Source: a virus
Strand: one strand, 5' to 3'
Length of the DNA stretch: 64,000 bases
IMG/VR virus record: IMGVR_UViG_3300045988_174509
Of this stretch, positions 1-7,643 are shown one piece after another. The position numbers were made by a program, and so were the translations under genes. Positions within the stretch are counted from its first letter, which is position 1. Each line of letters opens with the position of its first letter. The notes under the pieces are model-generated. The model did no database searches. It saw only the letters and a list, made by a program, of their open reading frames with translations, and was not told the DNA's origin.

Positions 1-343
1 AAGCACTATCCGGCAAATCGGTACGTACTGCTTCAGCCTACCTCTCCCCTCCGCCAGCCGGGACTTCTCTCCCAGATTCTGAAAATCCCTCGCTCCTGTG
101 TATTCACTGCGGAGCGGGTCAAAGTAGTAGGGGTTCTGGACGGGGAGGGAACAGTGTTTCAGGGGCCCAGGGAATCAGCTTCCCGCTTCCTTTGGAGGTT
201 TGACGGGAACATGCTGACCGGGACCCGCGATTTGATAGGTCAGGGAATCCTTTTACCGGATGACGCATATCCGGTAGAGCAAAGGCTTCCCTATACTCTC
301 CAGATTGATTATCTGGAAGATTTAAACATTGTGAGAAAAATTT

Positions 344-862
344 ATGAAAGTATGTATTATTGGAAATAAGGAAAATCTTGACGAGGATTATTCTTCTCAA
401 GTAGCTTCTGCTGACATTGTGGTTCGCATCTCCAAGATGTGCAACTATGACTCCGGGCTTGTCGGGTCCCATACCGACATCCTGTACTTGGAGCCTAACT
501 GGCAGTGGGCTTGGTATTCGGAAAAACGCAGGCATATCCACCTGTTTAAAGACATCCCTGTAATCATGATCAGGGAATCCTGGTGGGCCCGAGTAGGGTG
601 CTTTCTTCTTGAGAATGGTTATGTGGAAGAAAGTCAGGTAGTAGTAATCCCGCAGGAGGTCGAATCGGCTTACCCTAATTTTTCAACCCTCGCGCTAGCA
701 GTGGCTGATATGCACCAACGCTATCCAGGTGCGCAAATCAGTCTGGTTGCCGCTGATGTGGGCGATGCCCGGCTGGAATTCCTGAAGGAGTCCCACCCCT
801 TTTCCAAGGAGGTGCAGTATATAGAAGACCTTGCTGAAAAGGGAATTCTTGAAGCCCTATGA
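344..862 (+). CDS. hypothetical protein (possible glycosyltransferase-like)
   Basis: 172-aa ORF with ATG start. It ends in an ATGA overlap with the next gene. Only weak resemblance to a nucleotide-sugar transferase fold, no firm motif. Confidence 0.4.
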   Translation: MKVCIIGNKENLDEDYSSQVASADIVVRISKMCNYDSGLVGSHTDILYLEPNWQWAWYSEKRRHIHLFKDIPVIMIRESWWARVGCFLLENGYVEESQVVVIPQEVESAYPNFSTLALAVADMHQRYPGAQISLVAADVGDARLEFLKESHPFSKEVQYIEDLAEKGILEAL

Positions 863-1182
863 TTGAAGAGGCGCATTTGTTCAATGAACTGAGAGAGAGC
901 AATCTCAATGTAAATAAGGCTTTGGTGCTTATGGCCGTAGCCGCTGGAAAGACTACGACGACAGCCATCAGGGAGGAGTTCGGTATTCTTCCCTCCAATT
1001 CCCAGTATTGGCTTAAATCCCTGGTAGGCTTGGGGCTCCTGGTCCGCCATGTGCCTCAGCTTCCTCCTGGACAATGTAATTATTTCTGGAATTATTCATT
1101 GACGAAAAAGGGTGAGAAGGTAGTAGCCCTGCTAAAGGAGCGTCTCAGAAAAATAGCACTTGACGCGATCTCCAACTCCTGA
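859..1182 (+). CDS. winged-helix DNA-binding protein (MarR/PadR-like), paralog family 1 of 3
   Basis: 107 aa. The YSLTKKGEKVVALLKERL C-terminus and the preceding helix pattern are shared with ORFs 49397..49690 and 26071..26412. Confidence 0.45.
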   Translation: MIEEAHLFNELRESNLNVNKALVLMAVAAGKTTTTAIREEFGILPSNSQYWLKSLVGLGLLVRHVPQLPPGQCNYFWNYSLTKKGEKVVALLKERLRKIALDAISNS

Positions 1183-1194
1183 TACCTTTGACGC

Positions 1195-1617
1195 ATGGCT
1201 GATGATGAAAAAATTCTTGAGAACGCCAAGGCCCTCTACGGGCTTTCCGGGCAGGCGACTGCCTGGGACAAGCTGACCAAGGCCAAGCAAACTCCCTATG
1301 TCAACATTGCCCGCGGGCTGGCCGACAATAAGGATGCTATTTTAGCTGATCTTGTTTCCGACTATGCCGGATGCTTCGGGGCCTCCACCAAGACCCAGAA
1401 GATCATTCATACGGTTATCGGGATTATCCTTGGAGCCGCGGGTGCCCTTGGGCTCATGGGCACTTCTGGTTGCGGCCACACGGTTGACGTTACGCCAGAC
1501 CAGACCACTATCTGCAAGGACGGTTCCTGCCTCGTCATTGAGCAGGGCCATGTGTCCTTCAGGCAGAACGCGCCGGAGAACACCGCGCCTCCCATTATCG
1601 TACAAGATAAGAAGTAA
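1195..1617 (+). CDS. hypothetical membrane-associated protein
   Basis: 140 aa with one hydrophobic Gly/Ala-rich segment (IIHTVIGIILGAAGALGLMG) and Cys pairs. Confidence 0.4.
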   Translation: MADDEKILENAKALYGLSGQATAWDKLTKAKQTPYVNIARGLADNKDAILADLVSDYAGCFGASTKTQKIIHTVIGIILGAAGALGLMGTSGCGHTVDVTPDQTTICKDGSCLVIEQGHVSFRQNAPENTAPPIIVQDKK

Positions 1618-1628
1618 TAGCTACGAAC

Positions 1629-2600
1629 ATGGCTGAAGGTACAGCATCAAGTCTCCCGCCGGAAATGCCTCCGCAGATGCCCTCTGGATTTGATGCCCCC
1701 GGATTTCCTGGGGGCATCTCTTCTACGGAGAATGAGATCAACCGTCTCTCTGTACAGTTCCCGGAACCCGAGATTCCGGTTCCCCAGTACCATTCATCCG
1801 TGAACCAGTTCGCCGCGGCGGAGATGGTACCCGGGGAGGACTACCTGCGCCGCCCCAATTTCGGGCGCATGTTCTCCGTGGTGTATGATGTGAATGCGCA
1901 ACGCGGGCCCGCCGTAAAATACACGGCGGGAATATTGATTGAAGGATCTACCATCCAGAATGTTCCGCCCGGCACTACTCCGGGAGAGCTTATTTCCATG
2001 ACGCCCCGCCAGTCGGCACCGCTGGACAGCGATATAACTTGGTACCTGAATGTGGAACCCGTCCGGGATCTTTCCAAGGTGTCGGCTACAAAAAGCACTA
2101 CTGCGGATTTAAGCATCCCCGTAGCCAGGATGACAAAGGGACGCAATGGATTTATCCAGCAGTTGCATAGCGGGGCAGTATTTCTGGACGGCCTCTCTTT
2201 CGGATTTGAGGTGCAGATCAAAAGGGGTCCGGACGGGAGTCAGACCGGGATCAAGGTCCGTCCCGGAATGGTCATGCTCAACGGCTCCTATGTGGGAACC
2301 TATCCTGAGCCTAATGACACTACAGGCCAATGGCATGAGGTGGCGTTCGCCCAGGACGGAGACGTGTATATCGCATTTACTTTCAATGACCATTCCGCCA
2401 TTACCCGGGCCGCTATCGAATTTGAGCCGGGCCCTGTTGAGCCTTACTTCCTGGTAAAGGCACATCCGGAACCCGGGAAAACATTTTTCTACTCTTTCAA
2501 GCTGGCAATGCTCCGGAGCGAGCGCGTCACTCAATATATTCTTGGCACCATCCAAATCCCGGTGGCGGGCGGAACCTTCTTCCCTTATGGTCCATCATGA
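1629..2600 (+). CDS. hypothetical protein
   Basis: 323-aa ORF with ATG start. It is tightly packed with its neighbours, and its stop overlaps the next start (ATGA). Confidence 0.45.
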   Translation: MAEGTASSLPPEMPPQMPSGFDAPGFPGGISSTENEINRLSVQFPEPEIPVPQYHSSVNQFAAAEMVPGEDYLRRPNFGRMFSVVYDVNAQRGPAVKYTAGILIEGSTIQNVPPGTTPGELISMTPRQSAPLDSDITWYLNVEPVRDLSKVSATKSTTADLSIPVARMTKGRNGFIQQLHSGAVFLDGLSFGFEVQIKRGPDGSQTGIKVRPGMVMLNGSYVGTYPEPNDTTGQWHEVAFAQDGDVYIAFTFNDHSAITRAAIEFEPGPVEPYFLVKAHPEPGKTFFYSFKLAMLRSERVTQYILGTIQIPVAGGTFFPYGPS

Positions 2601-3340
2601 TTAGAATTTATATTTTCACTTATGCCGGGGATCATCAGGAAGGCCTGGAATGCGTGCGCTGTGCGCGCCGGGCGTTGCCCGGGTCCCTTATCACAGTGGT
2701 GGATGACAAGCACCACCCGTGCCCGGACAATCCATGTATGCAGTTCATTGACGCCGGGGCTACGGGCTATGCTCAAAGCTCTTTTCCCCGCAATGGGAAC
2801 CTCAATGGCCGCGACTGTGTTTTAGGCGTAGTCTCAACGCTGGCGAGGAATGCAAGGAAAAACGACATTGTGGTGAAGCTGGATTCCGATACCTGCCTTC
2901 TGGATGGAGGGTGGATTAAACGGATGCAGAGGAACCATTTGGCCCTGCATGCCTCGGGCTTCAAGATTCCTTCGGGTCATCTTAGACGGCAGATGTACGG
3001 TCTTTGCTACGCCTTGAAAGGTGAAGCACTGACGGACATATACAACCGCCTCCTGTCTGATGCCCATTTGATCCCGGAGAATGCGCCGGAAGACATAGCT
3101 ATTTCCGAATGCGCCTTGGAGAATTTCCAACCCAGCTCCATTCAGCTGGACGAACCCTGGAGTAAGGAGTGCCCTTCTTCCAAGTGGACTGCCTGGAACT
3201 GGTGGAGCTGTAGAGTATCCCTGGAAAAATATAAGGATTTTTCCGTAGTCACCTTTGGCTCACCGATGCCCACCAACCTGAGCCGTAGTCTCCGTGCCCT
3301 GAAGATGAGGGAGTTAAGACTTTGTAAATTTTCCTCTTGA
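2597..3340 (+). CDS. glycosyltransferase family 2-like protein
   Basis: 247 aa. N-terminal IYIFTYAGD...VVDDKHHP and a LDSDTCL DxD-type motif are typical of the GT-A fold. Confidence 0.45.
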   Translation: MIRIYIFTYAGDHQEGLECVRCARRALPGSLITVVDDKHHPCPDNPCMQFIDAGATGYAQSSFPRNGNLNGRDCVLGVVSTLARNARKNDIVVKLDSDTCLLDGGWIKRMQRNHLALHASGFKIPSGHLRRQMYGLCYALKGEALTDIYNRLLSDAHLIPENAPEDIAISECALENFQPSSIQLDEPWSKECPSSKWTAWNWWSCRVSLEKYKDFSVVTFGSPMPTNLSRSLRALKMRELRLCKFSS

Positions 3341-3370
3341 CTTTTCCACGCCAGAGTTGAAACTACGGGC

Positions 3371-3871
3371 ATGTTTGAAGACGATGTATTAACATATCCG
3401 CCCGATGTGGACTCATGGAAGAATCGGGCTGAAGAGCTACTTGAACTCTTGTCTAGACTTCCATTGGAAGTAGAGAAAGCTAATAGGAGGTATGGAAGAG
3501 ATTCTATCAGTTTGTTATTGCGTACTGGAATTCTTATAACTACTAGAATACAAGGTACTAAGAACCTTACTTATTTTTTGTGCAGTACTGATAAAACAGC
3601 TCAACTGCTTTCTCAGCTTACCAAGGAAGTGGCAAAGATGAAGGCGGAAGAGGAGAAGCTGAAAAAAGAAATAGTGCTTGGAGAAAAGCTTAATCAGGAG
3701 CTTAGAGAATCTGAAACCCTCCAAGAGATTTATAATTTCATGAACTATCTCAAGACTTCCGGCTACCCTGTTGTAGGGGTCTCCCTTACCGAGAGAGAGA
3801 AAGAAAGCTGGAAAAACTCAGCTATGAATGGGGCTGGACTACTCGCATTAACTTTGGTAGAAGTGTTTTAA
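3371..3871 (+). CDS. hypothetical coiled-coil protein
   Basis: 166 aa with a K/E-rich heptad region (KMKAEEEKLKKEIVLGEKLNQELRE). Confidence 0.4.
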   Translation: MFEDDVLTYPPDVDSWKNRAEELLELLSRLPLEVEKANRRYGRDSISLLLRTGILITTRIQGTKNLTYFLCSTDKTAQLLSQLTKEVAKMKAEEEKLKKEIVLGEKLNQELRESETLQEIYNFMNYLKTSGYPVVGVSLTEREKESWKNSAMNGAGLLALTLVEVF

Positions 3872-3953
3872 AGAACACTGGTTACGTAGGTATTTGCATT
3901 ACCCTGCAAGGAGCCCTCATGCTTGAAAATTTTTTAAAGACGCCAGAAAATAA

Positions 3954-4658
3954 ATGAAAACAAATATCCCGCATTACTGCATTGTAGTGGCCACGGTCAA
4001 CCAGGACGGCCTTTTCCCGGACAAGACTCCGACTCTTTTTCATTATACACTGAACTACCTGAAGAATGTCGGTGTGAAAAAAGAGGACATCCTGGTTCTT
4101 GGAGACGATGTTTCCTGCATTGCCTACGCGTCCTCCCTGGGACTTGCCTGCTCTCAGGTGGAATCCAAAGACATTATCAAGAAGTGTATTGAATCCGCGA
4201 GTCAGAGACTCAAGGAATCAGGGAATCCCTTTTCCCTGGTCCTTCTTCAACTTGACAATCCTGCCCGGGAGCACGATCTGCTGGAGCAGGTCATCATTAC
4301 CTCCAAGGCCAAGCCGGAGCAGGATATTGAGGTAGCCCATAAAAATCTTTATTCCGACGGCGAGCATGCTGATTGGAGGGCCCGTACGAGCGTGTCCCTG
4401 TACGCTGTCTGGTACACTCAGGACCTGGATGAATACTACAAAACTCAAGACGAAATCATTGGCTTCCCAGCTCCTGCTTATTATGTATTTCAAAATACGT
4501 TTTGCGGAAGCTCCTACGTCCAGTCCGAGTACCATTTCAACAAGGCAGTGACGGATACGATTGTGGAAGAAGCCTACAAAATGTCCGTCGTCACCGCCCT
4601 GGGGGATGAAAAGTATCCCCGAGTTGTTTTGATTGACACGGTTGAAAAATCCAACTAA
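3954..4658 (+). CDS. hypothetical protein
   Basis: 234-aa ORF, ATG start. Confidence 0.45.
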   Translation: MKTNIPHYCIVVATVNQDGLFPDKTPTLFHYTLNYLKNVGVKKEDILVLGDDVSCIAYASSLGLACSQVESKDIIKKCIESASQRLKESGNPFSLVLLQLDNPAREHDLLEQVIITSKAKPEQDIEVAHKNLYSDGEHADWRARTSVSLYAVWYTQDLDEYYKTQDEIIGFPAPAYYVFQNTFCGSSYVQSEYHFNKAVTDTIVEEAYKMSVVTALGDEKYPRVVLIDTVEKSN

Positions 4659-4666
4659 GCTCTCTT

Positions 4667-5191
4667 ATGCTTTTTCCTGTATCGCTATCAAATTTAACCT
4701 GGGACTGCAAGCAGAACGGGTGGGTGGATTCCGGTTTGGTTTCCAGCTACGCCCAGCAGTATCCCGAAGTTCCTTTCCCCACAGCGGTTTCTTCCCTCCC
4801 CCCGGTTGTTGTTGATCCCATGTCTTCCAACCTTCTGGGGTTGACGGTATATAATCCGGATTTTGTATTCAATGACTTGGGGAAGAGTGTCTCCATTACT
4901 GCGGGAACCTACAAGCTCAATTCATTAGGGGTTCGGGGAGAAAAGCTTGCCGTGGCTCCCGGAATCACGGCGGCAGGGACTCTGGGTCAAGGGAACACCT
5001 TGAGCACAGTCTATAAGAACGTGGACATTTCTTCCGCGTTCTTCATGCGGGACTCCTCTTCCGTCAATCCGGGTCCGGGCACTACCCGGGATTTATCCCT
5101 GTATATCAGGCTTACTGAAAACTCTTCCGGCCAGCGCGTGCTGGAACTTCCACCCCTGATCTGCCGAGTTCTTTTTTCTGCCGAATTTTAA
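4667..5191 (+). CDS. hypothetical protein
   Basis: 174-aa ORF. The Ser/Gly/Asn-rich composition is reminiscent of a beta-rich structural protein. Confidence 0.4.
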   Translation: MLFPVSLSNLTWDCKQNGWVDSGLVSSYAQQYPEVPFPTAVSSLPPVVVDPMSSNLLGLTVYNPDFVFNDLGKSVSITAGTYKLNSLGVRGEKLAVAPGITAAGTLGQGNTLSTVYKNVDISSAFFMRDSSSVNPGPGTTRDLSLYIRLTENSSGQRVLELPPLICRVLFSAEF

Positions 5192-5196
5192 AAACA

Positions 5197-5571
5197 ATGA
5201 ATACATTAAATCTGATTGCACTATTGAGACCTTATGAAGTCTGCAAGCAATGCCATTATCAAACTAAACGAGGCTTCCGTCATGGGCAATATGATGTTCT
5301 TGCCAAAGTTGTTCGTAAATATGGGGATGCTTTTATTGAGACCTTTATGTATTATGAAGGAAAAACTGGGCTGGTTCCTCGTGATGTTCCCACACCTTTT
5401 CTCTATGGACAGGATGATGCCCAGGCGTGGAAAATAGCAGATGAATCTATTTCTGTAATGTACAATACAATGGCTAAGATAGCCAAAGGAAAGATTGACC
5501 TGGAAAAGCTGGTGCAGGATTTCATTCAGGAAGCCCATCAGATTCTAGCTCTCATCAAAGAATACGAATAA
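5197..5571 (+). CDS. hypothetical protein
   Basis: 124-aa ORF, ATG start. Confidence 0.4.
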   Translation: MNTLNLIALLRPYEVCKQCHYQTKRGFRHGQYDVLAKVVRKYGDAFIETFMYYEGKTGLVPRDVPTPFLYGQDDAQAWKIADESISVMYNTMAKIAKGKIDLEKLVQDFIQEAHQILALIKEYE

Positions 5572-5575
5572 AGCC

Positions 5576-6034
5576 ATGCCACTCGCCTATCAAGAACCTC
5601 ATTTCTTTTTGTGCCTGGATGAAGTTTCTCGTCATAAGAAAATTCTCCAGAATGTTTTCCCGTTCTTGGAAAAAACTTTAAAAGAATGTCCAGACCTTCA
5701 ATGGGGACAGATTGCATTTTGCAGGACCACGAAAATTCTTCCCTTCAGCAGTGCCATCGAAGCCATGCGCATAGGCGGGGCGGCCCGCTTCGTAGCCAAG
5801 GATGGCACTGCTACTCCCTGGCATGTGCTGGTGGTTACGCCGTATGATGAAACAGACCCGGAGTTGGGGATGGAATTTTCTTTTCACCATTTGGTCCCCC
5901 AGCTTCACCCTACCGAAGATTCTACCCAGATTATGGGAGTCCCCTATGTTTTAGAGGAGTCCCCCGTAACTATCCCAACCGACCTGATTGCTGGCTTTGG
6001 CTGGCAAGTATGGCTACCAAAAAATGAAAAGTAA
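5576..6034 (+). CDS. hypothetical protein
   Basis: 152-aa ORF. Its stop overlaps the next gene's start (ATGAAAAGTAA). Confidence 0.4.
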   Translation: MPLAYQEPHFFLCLDEVSRHKKILQNVFPFLEKTLKECPDLQWGQIAFCRTTKILPFSSAIEAMRIGGAARFVAKDGTATPWHVLVVTPYDETDPELGMEFSFHHLVPQLHPTEDSTQIMGVPYVLEESPVTIPTDLIAGFGWQVWLPKNEK

Positions 6035-6740
6035 AATTATTGAAATACAACGACTTGTAGGAGTAACGCCTGACGGTGTTATTGGAGACAAAACTCTGAA
6101 CGCTATTCTGGAAAAATTGCGCCCGGCCAGCTCTCAGGGAGAAACAGCCCCTGATCAGGTGCGTTTCGACATGATGGCAACAATGTTGAACTTTGAGGAT
6201 GACCGGATTACCGGGCCAGCTTCCCTCCGAGTGATGCGCTTGCCGGAAGGTGACGGAGGCGGGACCTACGAGATTGCTGGAATCTGTGATGGCATTGAGC
6301 CCAAGGTATTTAATTCCATCAAGGTTGAATTGGAAGCCGGGAACCGGGACAAAGCCTGGGACATGTGCATTGACTACGTGGAAAAGAAAACCCGAAACGG
6401 CCAAGTCTGGTCCCCAGAAAACCTCGCTATTGAATTCTTCTTGCGGGACATCATCTTCAATATGGGTGATGGCGGGTGCGTCAACGTGATGCAGAGGACT
6501 ATCAATTATTATGGAGAGACCAAAGTAGTTGTGGACGGAGCCTGGGGGCCTAAAACCAAGAAGGCTTGGGAAGAGCTTCTTTCTATTATCGTTCCTGTTA
6601 ATCTTCTTTTGGCTCTTGCGCGATGCCGAGACCAACGCTACAAGGCTATCGCTACTGCGAATTCCAAGAAGGAGAAATTCCTAGCTGGCTGGTATTCCCG
6701 TACTTTAAAAGCAAAAACTTACGCAAAGAAGCTACTGTAG
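6024..6740 (+). CDS. endolysin-like peptidoglycan-binding protein (GH108/PG_binding-like)
   Basis: Two DGxxGxxT peptidoglycan-binding motifs (VTPDGVIGDKTLNAI; VVDGAWGPKTKKAW) and an EGDGGGTYEIAGI segment resembling the GH108 EGGY..DPGG..YGI block. Start taken at the internal ATG 6024, because the track start lies inside the upstream gene. Confidence 0.55.
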   Translation: MKSKIIEIQRLVGVTPDGVIGDKTLNAILEKLRPASSQGETAPDQVRFDMMATMLNFEDDRITGPASLRVMRLPEGDGGGTYEIAGICDGIEPKVFNSIKVELEAGNRDKAWDMCIDYVEKKTRNGQVWSPENLAIEFFLRDIIFNMGDGGCVNVMQRTINYYGETKVVVDGAWGPKTKKAWEELLSIIVPVNLLLALARCRDQRYKAIATANSKKEKFLAGWYSRTLKAKTYAKKLL

Positions 6741-6838
6741 GATTGACAGAACTTTTGTGTTGTGATAGTATCGCCACCAGAAGGGGCTAGGGGTTTATCT
6801 CCTAGCCCTTCCTCTTTCATGCGAGATACGTTAAACCT

Positions 6839-7198
6839 ATGTTCTTTTCTTCTTTCAACATTGCCTCAATCCTGGCTAGTGTCTACGGCTGTCTCGCAGT
6901 GGTGGATTGGACACGAGCTGTGGACCGCATCATTGACGAGATGTCCCCGGCCTATCTCTTCGTCGTGCTTTTGATTGGCACCGGAGCTCGATTGGCCTAT
7001 AGATATTTTGTCAAGAAAATTGATAGCATGGCTGACAAGGATGAGGCTTTTTTGACGATCATTCAGGACTCTCTGAGCACCATTTCCCAGTTGGAGGATA
7101 TGTTCAAATCCATCAATAAAAAACTTGACAAGTTGCTCAGGGAATTGGAAACTGGAAAGGAACGGAAGAACTCAGATAAAGATGATACTAGCAATTAA
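6839..7198 (+). CDS. holin-like small membrane protein
   Basis: 119 aa with two hydrophobic helices followed by a charged coiled-coil tail. It sits directly after the endolysin-like gene. Confidence 0.4.
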   Translation: MFFSSFNIASILASVYGCLAVVDWTRAVDRIIDEMSPAYLFVVLLIGTGARLAYRYFVKKIDSMADKDEAFLTIIQDSLSTISQLEDMFKSINKKLDKLLRELETGKERKNSDKDDTSN

Positions 7199-7637
7199 AG
7201 GAAGAAATAACGCGCTCAGGGCCAAGGCTACGAGCCTTCTCACCATGATGAAGGAGGCTCAGGAGCGGCTTAAAAATGTGTATAACTTCTACACTGAAAT
7301 TCCTTTGTGGTCTCATGAGCCCCTTGAAAAACTCCCGCTCCATGAATGGTTTTATGTGCTGGATGGGAAGGTTGGAATTTATTTTCTGGGCAATACTGTA
7401 TATAGTACAATATGTCTTCTCCGTGCCGACGGGGATTTGCCTGAGAATTCCGATGCTTCCCGTTCACGGACAGTTCAAGTTTGCCAGGGCTATGTAGTAG
7501 ATAAATCCACAGGCCAGAAATATTTCTACGGCGAAAGCTTTGGAGCGCGCCCGAATGAATCCCTGTCCCTCTCCGTTCATGGGCTGGTTAAAATCTTCTG
7601 GGTTCCTTCTCTTCCGATTCAATCTTCTCTCAAATAA
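7182..7637 (+). CDS. hypothetical protein (lysis accessory?)
   Basis: The track ORF 7125..7637 begins with TTG. The first ATG is at 7182 and overlaps the holin-like gene's stop. Confidence 0.3.
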   Translation: MILAIKGRNNALRAKATSLLTMMKEAQERLKNVYNFYTEIPLWSHEPLEKLPLHEWFYVLDGKVGIYFLGNTVYSTICLLRADGDLPENSDASRSRTVQVCQGYVVDKSTGQKYFYGESFGARPNESLSLSVHGLVKIFWVPSLPIQSSLK

Positions 7638-7643
7638 TCCTTC

